Below, piece after piece: positions 27,440 to 40,974 of a DNA stretch of 64,000 bases; positions within the stretch are counted from its first letter, which is position 1; the number at the start of each line of letters is the position of its first letter. Below the pieces are notes generated by a model that was not told the DNA's origin, searched no databases, and saw nothing but the letters and a program-made list of their open reading frames with translations. The DNA lies in the NCBI GenBank assembly GCA_965203515.1, contig OZ241907.1, positions 2,528,001 to 2,592,000 of the forward strand, given 5' to 3'. Source of the DNA: Spirochaetia bacterium. Lineage in GTDB: Bacteria; Spirochaetota; Spirochaetia; SZUA-6; Bin103. The position numbers were made by a program, and so were the translations under genes.

Positions 27440-30177
27440 GCGCTGAGCCAGTCCTTCCCCACGCCGATCTCGACCTCGATGGGGGCGGCCAGAGGCAGGG
27501 CGTCGCGCATCAGGCCGCGCACCAGCGGCACCACTTCGTCGCGTTCGTCGCGGTGCAGGTCGAACACCAGCTCGTCGTGGACCTGCAGGATCATCTGCGT
27601 GCGCAGGCTGCGGCGCGCGAGCTCGCGCGCGATGTCGATCATGGCGATCTTGATCATGTCGGCGGCGGTGCCCTGCACCGGCGCGTTGATGGCGATGCGT
27701 TCCGCGGCGGCGCGCGCGGTCCGGTTGCGGGAGTTGATGTCGCGCAGGAAGCGGCGGCGGCCCTTCAGGGTCTGCACGTATTCGGTGGCGTGGGCAAACG
27801 CGATCGCCTCGTCCATGTAGCCGCGGATCTTCGGATACTGCGTGAAGTAGCGCTCGATGATCTCGGCCGCTTCCCGGCGCGCGATGCGGAGGCGCTGCGC
27901 AAGCCCGAATGAGGACATGCCGTAGGCGATGCCGTAGTTGACCATCTTCGACTTGCTGCGCATCTCCAACGTGACTTGGTCCAACGGCACGCCGTACACG
28001 CGCGACGCGGTGGCGGCGTGGATGTCGACGTCGGTGCTGAGGTCCTCCAGCATCGACTCCTCGCCCGCGATCGACGCCAGGATGCGCAGCTCGATCTGCG
28101 AATAGTCAGCCGACAGCAGCAGGTAGTCCGGTCCGCGCGGCACGAACGCGCGCCGTATCTCCCGCCCCTTGGCGGTGCGGATCGGGATGTTCTGCAGGTT
28201 CGGGCCCTCGGAGTTCAGCCGCCCCGTGGCCGCCGCCAACTGATTGAAGGTGGTGTGGATGCGGCCGGTCCGCGGCTCTACCGCCGCCGGCAGCGTGTCG
28301 ACGTAGGTCGACTTGAGCTTCTGCACGATGCGGTAGTCGAGCAGCATCGGGATCACCGGATGGCGGTCGGCGTAGCGCGAGAGCTGCTGCTCGTTGGTCA
28401 TGTACTGGCCGGTGCGGGTCTTCTTGGGGTTGGGATCTATCTGCAGCCGGTCGAACAGGATCTCGCCGAGCTGCTTGGGCGAGTTGAGGTTGAACTCGCC
28501 GCCCGCCGCCTCGTAGATGCTCCGCTCCAGCCCGACGATCTCCGCGCCGAGCTGGTCGGCGTACTCGCGCAGCACGTCGACGTCGACGGTGACCCCGGCG
28601 CGCTCCATGTCGACCAACACGCCGATCAGCGGGCTCTCGATCTCGTTGCAGACCCCCTCGTACTCGGCGTCGGCCAGCTCCGCGGCGAGTGCGGCCTGCA
28701 GGCGCAGCGCTACGTCGGCCGCCTCCGCCGCGTAGTCGGCCAGACGCTGCGGATCGACCTGCAGCAGGGGCAACTGGTCCTTTCCGTCCCCGCCGACCAG
28801 CGAGGCGAGCGGAATCGGCGAGTAGCCCAGGTAGCGCTCGGCGAGCTGGTCGAGCTGGTGCCGTCCCTCCTGATCGATCAGGCTGTGCATGACGTGCGTG
28901 TCGCGGACCGCGCCGCGCAGGGCCGTGTCGTGCCACGCCAGGACGCTCATGGCGTGCTTGAGGTAGTGGCCGACCTTGGCCACCGCCTCCGACTCGAACA
29001 CCGGGCGCAGGTCGTCGAGCGCCTGCCGACAGCCGGCGTCGTCGCCGACCGGGAACGGCGCCCAGGTCGCCGCGTGCGGCGCGGCGCAGAAGGCCACGCC
29101 GGCGATCGCCGCCCGCTTGGGATCGGTCGCCGTGCTCTGCAGGGCGATCGCCACCGACTCCTGCCCGAGCAACGCGGCGGCCAGCGCCCGCCGCTCCGGC
29201 GCAGTCGCGGCGATGCGGTAGTCGTGCTCGGTATCGTCGATGGTCGCCAGGCCGCGCGCCGCGGGGGCTTCGGCGCCGGCATCGCCGAACAGCCGTTCCT
29301 TCAACACGCGGAATTCCAGCCGGTCGAAGATGGCGATGGTGGCGTCCGGGTCGGGGTCGCGGCGCGCGAACCGGTCCAGGTCGACCTGTACCGGGATGTC
29401 GACGTCGATCGTCGCCAAGCGCTTGGACAGCAGCGCCTGCTCCCCGTACTGCTCGATCCGCTGGCGCTGCCTGCCCTTCAGGTCGCCGGTGCGCGCGACC
29501 AACTCCTCGACCGTCCCGAACTGCGCCAGCAGCTTCTGCGCGGTCTTGTCGCCGACGCCGGGCACCCCCGGTATGTTGTCGACCGAGTCGCCCACCAGCG
29601 CCAGCATGTCGACGACCTGCGGCACCCGGGCGATGCCCCAGCGCTCACGCACCTCGGCCGGACCGTAGATCGACGGCGGGCTGCCCGGCGTGCGGCTCAG
29701 TCGGTACAGCGTGGTCCGGTCGGTGACGAGTTGCGCCAGATCCTTGTCCGGCGTCACCAGAACCGTGCGGAAGCCGGCCGCCTCGGCCTGACCGGCGATG
29801 GTGCCGATGACGTCGTCGGCCTCCGCGTCCGGCCAAGTGATCTCCGGGATGCGCAGCGCCGCGGTGATGGCGCGCACGTCGTCGAGCGATGCGAGCATCT
29901 CCTCCGGCGCCTTCTCCCGCTGCGCCTTGTACTCGCCGTACTCGTCGTGGCGGCGGTTGCGGCCGGCGCCGTCGAACACCACCGCCATGTGCGTCGGCCG
30001 CTCCTCCTCGATGATCTTGACCAGCGAGTTGGTGTAGCCGAACGCGGCCGAGGTGTTGACGCCGCGAGACGTCAGCCGCGGGTTGGACAGAAAGACGAAG
30101 TACGCCTGATAGACGATCGGCATGCCGTCGATCAGGAACAGCCGGCCCCCGTCGCCGACGGTCCGGTCGTCGCTCAC
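27433..30177 (-). CDS. polA: DNA polymerase I
   Basis: 5'-nuclease motifs (LIDG, EADDVI, GDSVDNIPGVPGVG); polymerase motifs TGRLNS.PNLQNIP, ADYSQIELR, KMVNYGIAYG and LQVHDEL. Confidence 0.98.
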   Translation of the reverse strand: MSDDRTVGDGGRLFLIDGMPIVYQAYFVFLSNPRLTSRGVNTSAAFGYTNSLVKIIEEERPTHMAVVFDGAGRNRRHDEYGEYKAQREKAPEEMLASLDDVRAITAALRIPEITWPDAEADDVIGTIAGQAEAAGFRTVLVTPDKDLAQLVTDRTTLYRLSRTPGSPPSIYGPAEVRERWGIARVPQVVDMLALVGDSVDNIPGVPGVGDKTAQKLLAQFGTVEELVARTGDLKGRQRQRIEQYGEQALLSKRLATIDVDIPVQVDLDRFARRDPDPDATIAIFDRLEFRVLKERLFGDAGAEAPAARGLATIDDTEHDYRIAATAPERRALAAALLGQESVAIALQSTATDPKRAAIAGVAFCAAPHAATWAPFPVGDDAGCRQALDDLRPVFESEAVAKVGHYLKHAMSVLAWHDTALRGAVRDTHVMHSLIDQEGRHQLDQLAERYLGYSPIPLASLVGGDGKDQLPLLQVDPQRLADYAAEAADVALRLQAALAAELADAEYEGVCNEIESPLIGVLVDMERAGVTVDVDVLREYADQLGAEIVGLERSIYEAAGGEFNLNSPKQLGEILFDRLQIDPNPKKTRTGQYMTNEQQLSRYADRHPVIPMLLDYRIVQKLKSTYVDTLPAAVEPRTGRIHTTFNQLAAATGRLNSEGPNLQNIPIRTAKGREIRRAFVPRGPDYLLLSADYSQIELRILASIAGEESMLEDLSTDVDIHAATASRVYGVPLDQVTLEMRSKSKMVNYGIAYGMSSFGLAQRLRIARREAAEIIERYFTQYPKIRGYMDEAIAFAHATEYVQTLKGRRRFLRDINSRNRTARAAAERIAINAPVQGTAADMIKIAMIDIARELARRSLRTQMILQVHDELVFDLHRDERDEVVPLVRGLMRDALPLAAPIEVEIGVGKDWLSAH

Positions 30178-30181
30178 GCCG

Positions 30182-30709
30182 TCAGGTTACTTCCCCGCCC
30201 CGCGCCATCACAACTTTGCCGGTGCGCACCATCTCGATGATCCCGAACTTGTTGAGCATGCCGAGCAGCGCGTCGACCTTCTCCGACGACCCCGCGCACT
30301 TGAGGATCATCGACTGCTCGGTCAGATCCTCCGTGCTGCAGTCGAAGTGATCGCAGAGCTGCAGCGCCTCCGTGCGCTGATCCGAGGCGCAGGCGATCTT
30401 CACCAGCGCCAGCTCCTGCACTACGGCGCGGTCGAAGGTGTGGTCGAAGCAGTGGATCACGTCGACCAGCTTGTTGACCCCCTTGATGATCTGATCCAGC
30501 CCGTGCGGATCGCCGGAGGCGCCGATCGTCATCCGCGAATAGGCGCCGTCCCGCGCCGGCGAGACCACCAGCGACTCGATGTTGTAGGCGCGGCGCGCGA
30601 ACACCTGCGCGATGCGGGCCAGGACACCGGGCTTGTTGGCGACCAGAGCGCTCAACGTGTGGACCGGCTGCTCCTCCGTCGGGCCGCCCACACGGCCGTT
30701 CGCCGCCAT
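30182..30709 (-). CDS. ilvN: Acetolactate synthase small subunit
   Basis: HTLSALVANKPGVLARIAQVFARRAYNIESL ACT domain; EMVRTG. Confidence 0.95.
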   Translation of the reverse strand: MAANGRVGGPTEEQPVHTLSALVANKPGVLARIAQVFARRAYNIESLVVSPARDGAYSRMTIGASGDPHGLDQIIKGVNKLVDVIHCFDHTFDRAVVQELALVKIACASDQRTEALQLCDHFDCSTEDLTEQSMILKCAGSSEKVDALLGMLNKFGIIEMVRTGKVVMARGGEVT

Positions 30710-32436
30710 CAGGTCGATCCCACCGGCTTGGCCAGCTTGGTGCGCGGCCGGTCGATGATCATGGTCTCCAGCGGCTGGCCCGAGGGGATCATGGGGTAGA
30801 CGTTGTCGGCCTTTTCCACCTGGGCATTGATGACGACCGGACCGTCCTGGTACTCCAGCGCCCTGGTCAGGACCTTGCGCACATCGCCGGGGCGCCGCAG
30901 GTTGAGCCCCACGGCGCCGAACGCCTGCGCCAGCTTGGCGAAGTCCGGGTTGCCCTTCAGGTCCACGCCGCTCTCCCGCTCGTCGTAGAAGAGCTCCTGC
31001 CACTGCCGGACCATGCCCAGGTAGTGGTTGTTGAGCACGATCACCTTGATCGGCAGCTTGTGGACGCAGGCGGTGGCCAGCTCCGCCATGGTCATCTGAA
31101 AGCCGCCGTCGCCCACGATCGCCAGCACCAGGGCGTCGGGCCGGCCGAACTGCGCGCCGATCGCCGCCGGAAAGCCGAATCCCATGCTGCCGGCGCCGCC
31201 GGACGACAGCCAGTTGTCGGGATGATCGGTCAGGTAGAACTGCGCCGCCCACATCTGGTGCTGGCCGACGTCGCTGGAGACGATCGCGCGACCGCCGGTC
31301 AGGTGGTACAGCTCGTCGATCACGTGCTGCATCTTCAGCCCGCCCTGCTTGCGGTACTTCAGCGGATAGCGCCGCTTGTAGCCGTCCAGCGTGGCCAGCC
31401 ACTCCTCGGTCTCCAGCCGACCGACGTGCTTGATCAGCTCCTCCAGCGCCACGCGCGCGTCGGCCACGCAGGACAGGTCGGGCTCGATCATCTTGCCGAT
31501 CTCACCCTCGTCGATGTCGATGTGGATCTTGGTCGCGTTCAGGCAGAACTTGCTTGGGTCGCCGACGATGCGATCGTCGAAGCGCGATCCGACCGACATG
31601 ATCAGGTCGCACTCCATTACCGCCTTGTTCGCGTAGGCGGTGCCGTGCATGCCGAGCATGCCGAGCGACAACGGGTGGGTCTCCGGGAACGCCCCCTTGC
31701 CCAACAGCGTCGTGGTCACCGGCGCGTGCAGCTTTTCGGCCAGCGTGCGCACCGCTTCATGCGCGCCCGAGATCAGGGCGCCGTGCCCGATCAGCAGCAC
31801 CGGCCGGCGCGCGTTGCCCAGCGCCTCCGCGATGGCGTGGATCGACTCCCGGTCGGTCAGCTCCGGCACCTGATAGCCGGGCAGGTCCAGATCGGGCTCC
31901 ATGGAGCCGAGGAACGGCCCCTGGCTGACGTTCTTGGGCACGTCGATGAGCACCGGACCCGGGCGGCCGCTGGTGGCGATGTGCACCGCCTCCCGCACGA
32001 TGCGGGGAATCTCGGCCGTCTCCTTGACCAGGTAGCTGTGCTTCACGATCGGCATGGTCACGCCGAAGATGTCGGCCTCCTGAAAGGCGTCCTTGCCCAG
32101 CATCCAGGTCACCTGCTGCCCGGAGACGACGATCATCGGCACCGAGTCCATGTGCGCGGTCATGATGCCGGTCAGGGTGTTGGTCGCGCCCGGACCGCTG
32201 GTCACCAGCACGCAGGCCGGCTTGCCGGTGGCGCGGGCGTAGCCGTCGGCCATGTGCGCCGCCCCTTGCTCATGGCGGACCAGGATGAACTCCATGTCCG
32301 TGCCGGTCGCCACCAGCGCGTCGAAGATCGGCAAAGCCGCTCCGCCCGACAGGCCGAATACGTGCTTGATCCCCGCCTGCTCCAGGCACTTGATCAGAAT
32401 GTGCCCGCCTTCGATGCCGTTTTCGGTCACTGCCAT
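30709..32436 (-). CDS. ilvB: Acetolactate synthase large subunit
   Basis: VRHEQGAAHMADGYAR, TSGPGATN, DAFQEAD, GMLGMHG, DVGQHQMW and GDGGFQM..NN. Confidence 0.97.
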   Translation of the reverse strand: MAVTENGIEGGHILIKCLEQAGIKHVFGLSGGAALPIFDALVATGTDMEFILVRHEQGAAHMADGYARATGKPACVLVTSGPGATNTLTGIMTAHMDSVPMIVVSGQQVTWMLGKDAFQEADIFGVTMPIVKHSYLVKETAEIPRIVREAVHIATSGRPGPVLIDVPKNVSQGPFLGSMEPDLDLPGYQVPELTDRESIHAIAEALGNARRPVLLIGHGALISGAHEAVRTLAEKLHAPVTTTLLGKGAFPETHPLSLGMLGMHGTAYANKAVMECDLIMSVGSRFDDRIVGDPSKFCLNATKIHIDIDEGEIGKMIEPDLSCVADARVALEELIKHVGRLETEEWLATLDGYKRRYPLKYRKQGGLKMQHVIDELYHLTGGRAIVSSDVGQHQMWAAQFYLTDHPDNWLSSGGAGSMGFGFPAAIGAQFGRPDALVLAIVGDGGFQMTMAELATACVHKLPIKVIVLNNHYLGMVRQWQELFYDERESGVDLKGNPDFAKLAQAFGAVGLNLRRPGDVRKVLTRALEYQDGPVVINAQVEKADNVYPMIPSGQPLETMIIDRPRTKLAKPVGST

Positions 32437-32458
32437 CGCTTCACTCCTGAGAATGGGA

Positions 32459-32488
32459 AGTATACGAGGGCGATCACGTCGGTGTCAA
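32459..32488 (-). promoter_or_regulatory. Sigma-70 promoter of ilvBN(-polA)
   Basis: TTGACA-18 bp-TATACT followed closely by AGGAG RBS and ATG. Confidence 0.75.
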
Positions 32489-32628
32489 GCCGGCGCCACT
32501 CGGCATTACCCTCGTTGTTGACCAACAGCGAATCGACGCTTGGATGAAGAACGACAAATCGACTGAATCATGTTATAGCGGGTCGATCTTCGATCTCGAT
32601 ACGACGGTTTTGCAAGGAAGGTGGCGGG

Positions 32629-33291
32629 TCAGCCGGACAGACGAGCGGAAATCTCCTCCATTCCTGCACGAAGATCGTCCGCAGCGGCTGCGGCCAGCTC
32701 GATTCTGCGCGTTTTGATGCGATCGGCCAGATCTTCGTCGCGCAGGAACGGCAGGTTGACGTCGACCGTCATCAGCGCCGACTGCAACGCGGCATGCGCC
32801 AACTGCAGCGCCACGCCGGCGTCGCTGATGGCGTGCGCGGCGCCGATCGGCGCCAGCTTCCGAGCCAGCGCCAACACCTCCGCGCAGCGCTCGGCGGTCG
32901 CCAGAGGCGCGCGGGTCATGCGCACCACGGCGGCGGCGACCTCCCGCGAACGCCGGTCGACCGCGGCGGCGTCGTCCCTCGGCATGGCCGACGCGCGCAG
33001 GTACGCCTGGTACGAGTCCCCATCCTCGACGGCGGCCTCCTGCAGCGCCTGCATGACGCCGACCGCCCGGCCGCGGAGCCGGTCGACCTCCGCCTCCACC
33101 GCACGGTAGCGCTTCCGGCCGGCGGTCAGCTCGCCCACCATGGAGACCAGCGCGGCCGCCCCGGCGCCGGCCAGCGCCGCCATGGCGCCGCCGCCCGGCG
33201 CCGCCGCCCGGGACGCCGTCCGGGCCAGGAACTCCCGGACCGGGAGGGCCAGCATGCTCTCATCAGACATGCTCACGTCAGGCATGCTCAT
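32629..33291 (-). CDS. fchA: Formiminotransferase-cyclodeaminase / methenyl-THF cyclohydrolase family protein
   Basis: ASRAAAPGGG, LVSMVGELT, ISDAGVA and VDVNL; coupled to folD. Confidence 0.85.
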   Translation of the reverse strand: MSMPDVSMSDESMLALPVREFLARTASRAAAPGGGAMAALAGAGAAALVSMVGELTAGRKRYRAVEAEVDRLRGRAVGVMQALQEAAVEDGDSYQAYLRASAMPRDDAAAVDRRSREVAAAVVRMTRAPLATAERCAEVLALARKLAPIGAAHAISDAGVALQLAHAALQSALMTVDVNLPFLRDEDLADRIKTRRIELAAAAADDLRAGMEEISARLSG

Positions 33292-34183
33292 GCCCCGACC
33301 GATCCGGCGACCGCTCCCCGCTGCGCCGCAGGTCGATGGCGCGCATCACGTTGGCCATGATCATGGCGGTGGTGACCGCGCCCACGCCGCCCGGCACCGG
33401 CGTCAGCGCGCCGGCGACCTGGGCCACCGAATTGCGCTCGACGTCGCCCACCAATTCGTCGCCCACCTGATTGGTGCCGGCATCGATCACCGCCGCGCCG
33501 GGCCGGATCATCGCTCCGGTCACCAGGCGCGGTACGCCGGCGGCCACCACCACCACGTCCGCTTCGCGCAGCACCGCCCCCAGGTCGCGCGTGCGGGTGT
33601 GGCACACCGTGACGGTGGCGTGACGGGTGACCAGCGCGGCGGCCAAGGGACGACCCACGGTCGGGCCGCGGCCCACGACGGCGATCGCCGCGCCGCGAAC
33701 GGTCCGGCCGCAACGCTCGATCATGCGGATGCAGGACAACGCAGTGGCCGGCAGGAGCGCCCGGTCCTCGCGGCCGTCGAAGATCGCCGCCCGGTTGGCA
33801 GGGGTGATGCCGTCCACGTCCTTTGCCGGATGCAGACGGTCGCAGAGCGGCGGCAGCGGTATGCCGGGCGGCAGCGGCAGCTCGACGATCAACCCGTCGA
33901 CCTGCGGGTCGTCGCTGGCGCGGCCGACCGCGGCGGCCGCCTCGGCCGCCGGCGTCTCGGCCGCCAGCCGCACGATCCGCACGTCGATGCCGAGCCGGCG
34001 GCCAAGGGTGCGCTTCGCCCCGGCGTACCAGGCGGACGCGGGGTCGTCGCCGATCAGCAGCACCTCCAGACACGGCGGCCGGCCGGCGGCCGCCGCCGAC
34101 GCCGCGGCGCGTGCGCGCACCTCCTTCCGTATGGCGGCGGCGACGTCCGCTCCGGAGACGATCGTTACCCCGGTTCGGCTCAC
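33278..34183 (-). CDS. folD: Methylene-THF dehydrogenase/cyclohydrolase
   Basis: GDDPAS.WY, VDGLIVELPLP, PAKDVDG, ATVTVCH and TPVPGGVG. Confidence 0.93.
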   Translation of the reverse strand: MSRTGVTIVSGADVAAAIRKEVRARAAASAAAAGRPPCLEVLLIGDDPASAWYAGAKRTLGRRLGIDVRIVRLAAETPAAEAAAAVGRASDDPQVDGLIVELPLPPGIPLPPLCDRLHPAKDVDGITPANRAAIFDGREDRALLPATALSCIRMIERCGRTVRGAAIAVVGRGPTVGRPLAAALVTRHATVTVCHTRTRDLGAVLREADVVVVAAGVPRLVTGAMIRPGAAVIDAGTNQVGDELVGDVERNSVAQVAGALTPVPGGVGAVTTAMIMANVMRAIDLRRSGERSPDRSGHEHA

Positions 34184-35757
34184 TCGTCCTCGGCGCCACC
34201 GGTCAGCCGCCGCCACAGGCGCCCCAGCAGCGGACGCTTGGCCGGCTTCGGCGGAACGGATACGGACGCGGACGGCGGCGATTGCCGCGCCGGCTTGGGC
34301 GCCGGTCCGGACCCGTTCCCGTTGGTTGCCGGGGCCACAACCGGCGCCGCGCCCGGACCGGTGCTGCCGTCGGCGCGGGCAGCCGCGGGGAGCGCGGCCG
34401 GTGCGGTCACCGGCGCCGGCTGCCGCCGGGCGGGGCCGGCGCGGCCCGGACCGGCCGGCCGGCCGCGGCCATCCTGCGCTGCCGCCGGTCGGCGGTCGGC
34501 CGGCCGCGGCCCCCGCCGGTGGCCGCCGGCGGTCGGGCGGCCGGCGGGCCGTCGGTCGCGGGCGGACCCCGCGCCGGTGCGATGACGCGGACCTGCCGGC
34601 ACCCGCGCGCCCGCGGAGCGGTCGCCGACGAAGAGCGCCGGAGCCGCCCGCTCCACCGGGATCGACGTGCGGGTGAACTCCTCGATCGCCTGCAGGCCGT
34701 ACACGAACTCCTCACACACCAGGGAGATCGCCTTGCCGCGCTTGCCGGCGCGGGCGGTGCGGCCGATGCGGTGCACGTAGTTCTCCGTATGCTCCGGCAA
34801 ATCGTAGTTGACCACCAGATCCAGGTCGTCGACGTGGAGCCCGCGCGCCGCCACGTCGGTGGCGACCAGGATCGGCAGGTTGCCCTGCTTGAGTTGATCG
34901 ATGAGCTTGAGCCGCTTCTTCTGCGGCAGGTCGCCGATGATGAACTCCGCATCGTGGTCGTTCATGCGGAGCCGGCGCGCCACCTGCTCGGCGGCGTGCT
35001 TGGTGTTGGTGAAGATCAGCGCGCTGTCGGGCTTCTCCTGCGCCAGCAGGCCGAGCAGGAGGCTGAGCTTCTGCCGCTTGGTGACGTGGTAGAGGCTCTG
35101 CGTGACGGTATCGACCGTCACCCGCTCCGGCTTGATGGCGATCTCCGCCGGTTTGCTCATGTCCCGCCACGCCAGGTTCCGCACCCGGCCGTCCAGGGTG
35201 GCGCTGGACAGCATGGTCCAGCGCTCTTTGGCGGGCGGCACCTTGCGCAGAATCTTGCGGAGATCGGGCATGAACCCCATGTCGAACAAGCGATCCGCCT
35301 CGTCTATGACCAGGGCGCCGACGTCGTGCAGCCGCACCTTGCCGGAGCGTTCGAAGTCGAGCAGCCGGCCGGGCGTGGCGATGAGGACGTCGACGCCCTC
35401 CCGCAGGCTGCGCTCCTGTTCCTCGTAGCCCACGCCCCCGAACACGCACGCCGTCTTGAAGTCGAGGTGCTTGCCGAGCAGGCGCGCCTCCTGCTCTATC
35501 TGCACCGCCAGCTCGCGCGTCGGGACGACGATGAGCGCGAACCGGTCGTCGAAGTATTCCTCCTTGAGGAACAGCTCGAAGATGGAGATCAGGAACGCGG
35601 CGGTCTTGCCGGTCCCGGTCTGGGACTGCACGGTCACGTCGATCCCTTCCAGCGAATACTCGAAGGTGCGTTCCTGGACGCTGGTGCATTCGACGAATCC
35701 GGCGTCGCGGATTCCCGCCTGAATCTTCGGATCCAGGTTGAGCTCGGTAAACTTCAT
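34180..35757 (-). CDS. DEAD-box RNA helicase (RhlB-like) with low-complexity C-terminal tail
   Basis: SQTGTGKT, PTRELA, TPGRL, DEAD, SAT, ARGLH and YVHRIGRTARAG. Confidence 0.95.
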   Translation of the reverse strand: MKFTELNLDPKIQAGIRDAGFVECTSVQERTFEYSLEGIDVTVQSQTGTGKTAAFLISIFELFLKEEYFDDRFALIVVPTRELAVQIEQEARLLGKHLDFKTACVFGGVGYEEQERSLREGVDVLIATPGRLLDFERSGKVRLHDVGALVIDEADRLFDMGFMPDLRKILRKVPPAKERWTMLSSATLDGRVRNLAWRDMSKPAEIAIKPERVTVDTVTQSLYHVTKRQKLSLLLGLLAQEKPDSALIFTNTKHAAEQVARRLRMNDHDAEFIIGDLPQKKRLKLIDQLKQGNLPILVATDVAARGLHVDDLDLVVNYDLPEHTENYVHRIGRTARAGKRGKAISLVCEEFVYGLQAIEEFTRTSIPVERAAPALFVGDRSAGARVPAGPRHRTGAGSARDRRPAGRPTAGGHRRGPRPADRRPAAAQDGRGRPAGPGRAGPARRQPAPVTAPAALPAAARADGSTGPGAAPVVAPATNGNGSGPAPKPARQSPPSASVSVPPKPAKRPLLGRLWRRLTGGAEDE

Positions 35758-35957
35758 CTGATTTGTGGGTCTGCTCCATGAGTCGTTGGCGGTCGCCGGC
35801 CGGCTCCGCAGCGGGGATCACCGCCCGGCCGACGGCCACGCAGCCGGCGTCCGCCTTCCGCGCCGCGGCTGCGACGGCGCCAGCCGAGCGTGCGGACGCA
35901 ACGCCGACCGCCATCGGATCGGCGCAATCGAGGGTCGATACCGTTATTCTACTGCCA

Positions 35958-35987
35958 AAACGCGCCGCCGCATAGCCCGGCGCGTTT
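35958..35987 (-). terminator. Probable intrinsic terminator of the pyr operon
   Basis: AAACGCGCCG-10 nt-CGGCGCGTTT(T) at the pyrD stop codon. Confidence 0.6.
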
Positions 35988-36934
35988 CAACCGGCCGCGC
36001 TCCGCTCCGAACCCCAACGGATGGAGCCGATCAGATCGCGCAGCGACCCGCCTTCGGCGCGCAGATGGCCGGCGATGCCGTCGCGCACCGCGATCGCCGC
36101 GGCCGGATCGACGAACGACGCGGTGCCGACCTGCACCGCCGACGCACCGGCGACGATCATCTGCAGGGCGTCGGTGGCGGTGCTCACGCCGCCCGCGCCG
36201 ATCACGGGGATGGCGACCGCGCGCGCGGCCTGAAACACCTGTCGGACCGCGATCGGCAGGATCGCCGGCCCGGACAGACCGCCGGTGCCGTTGGCCAGCA
36301 CCGGACGGCGCGTGCGCACGTCGATCACCATGGCGGTGATCGTGTTCATCACCGTGACGGCGTCCGCGCCGGCCCGCTCGGCCGCCGCCGCGTACACCGC
36401 CACGTCCGGCACCTCCGGGCTCAGCTTGGCGACCACCGGCCGATCGGTGACCGCCCGCGCCGCGGCGACCGCGGCGGCGACCAGCTCCGGGTCGTGCGCG
36501 AACATGCGCTCATCGGCATAGGCGACGTTCGGGCACGACAGGTTGAGCTCGAAGCCGGTCCGCGCGCCCAGGCCGGGCTCCTGGCAGACGCGCCGCACCA
36601 CCGCGCGCAACTCCTCCACCGTCTGTCCCATGACGCTCACCAGGACCGGCACGCCGAGCCCGGTCAGGTACGGCAGCTTGTCCCGGCAGAACGCATCGAC
36701 CCCCACGTTCTGCAGGCCGATCGCGTTGAGCATGCCGGACGGCGTCTCGATGACGCGCGGCGGCGGGTTGCCGGCGCGCGGGCGCAGGGTGACGGTCTTG
36801 GTGACGATCCCGCCCAGCTCGCCGAGCGGCAGGAACGGTTCGAGCTCCCGGCCGTAGCCGCAGGTGCCGGAGGCGAGCATCACCGGGTTCGGAGCGGCGA
36901 GCCCGCGCGCGATCGTGGTCGTCAGGTCGACCAT
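35987..36934 (-). CDS. pyrD: Dihydroorotate dehydrogenase B catalytic subunit
   Basis: NPVMLASGT, GNPPPR, MLNAIGLQN, ELNLSCPN and GGLSGPAI. Confidence 0.96.
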   Translation of the reverse strand: MVDLTTTIARGLAAPNPVMLASGTCGYGRELEPFLPLGELGGIVTKTVTLRPRAGNPPPRVIETPSGMLNAIGLQNVGVDAFCRDKLPYLTGLGVPVLVSVMGQTVEELRAVVRRVCQEPGLGARTGFELNLSCPNVAYADERMFAHDPELVAAAVAAARAVTDRPVVAKLSPEVPDVAVYAAAAERAGADAVTVMNTITAMVIDVRTRRPVLANGTGGLSGPAILPIAVRQVFQAARAVAIPVIGAGGVSTATDALQMIVAGASAVQVGTASFVDPAAAIAVRDGIAGHLRAEGGSLRDLIGSIRWGSERSAAG

Positions 36935-37706
36935 CACGCCGCCGCCGGCGGCCGCGGCCATGCCAGCCGTTCGGCGTCGAAGGCCGGGCCGTCGCGGCAC
37001 ACCAGCGCGTAGCCGCCGGCCGCGGTCGCCACCGCGCACCCCTGGCAGGCGCCGAACCCGCACGCCATGTGCTCTTCCACCGCGACCTGACACGGGGCGC
37101 CGCTCTGCCGGCAGATCGCGGCCACCGCGGCCAGCATCGGCGCCGGACCGCAGGCGTAGACGCGGTGACCCCGGCCGCCCGCGCGCAGCCACTTCGCCAG
37201 GAGCGCCGCGGCGGTGCCGCGGCCGCCGGCGCTGCCGTCGTCGGTCATCACGCCCACCTCCACGCCCAGCGCGGCGAACTCGCCGCGCAGGAGCACCTGA
37301 TCGGCGGTGCGGGCGCCGACGATCACGCGGGGCGACGCGCCGTCGCCGGTCAGCCGCTTGGCCAGCGCGTAGATCGGCGGCACGCCCACGCCGCCGCCGA
37401 CCAGGATCGAGTCCGCCGCGCCGTCACGGCGAAAGCCGCGGCCGAGCGGCCCCAGCACCCACACGAGCTGCCCCGGCGCGTATCCGAACAGCGCGCGGGT
37501 GCCGGCCCCCACCGCCTTGGACAGCACGGCCAGATGGCGCCGGTCGGCCCACAGGATGCTGAACGGCCGCGGCAGGTACGCGGCCTCCACGCCGAGCTGC
37601 ACGAACTGGCCCGGCTCGAAGCCGGCGCCCAGGCCGCAGGCCAGGGTCAGCACGTGGTGTTGGGGGGCGACCACCCGGTTGGCGGCCACCTCGCAGAGCT
37701 GCCGGG

Positions 37707-37710
<4 letters not shown>
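36934..37710 (-). CDS. pyrK: Dihydroorotate dehydrogenase electron transfer subunit
   Basis: PGQFV, RPFSI, GPLG, GGGVG and [20 protein letters not shown] 2Fe-2S motif. Confidence 0.95.
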
Positions 37711-40952
<3,242 letters not shown>

Positions 40953-40974
40953 TACCGCGACCTCATGAAATCAG

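Noticed and set aside
27976..30240. Long antisense or alternative-frame ORFs (also 89-1522, 38088-41003, 49468-51885, 13492-15552 and others)
   Set aside because: Shadow ORFs of well-supported genes caused by high GC3; no recognisable motifs
32437..32628. ilvB leader-peptide attenuator or T-box
   Set aside because: The promoter lies only about 20 nt from the start codon; no Leu/Val/Ile-rich leader or terminator seen
33253..33291. 15-bp periodic CATGCTC repeat at the fchA start
   Set aside because: Short degenerate duplication giving alternative Met starts; no evidence of function
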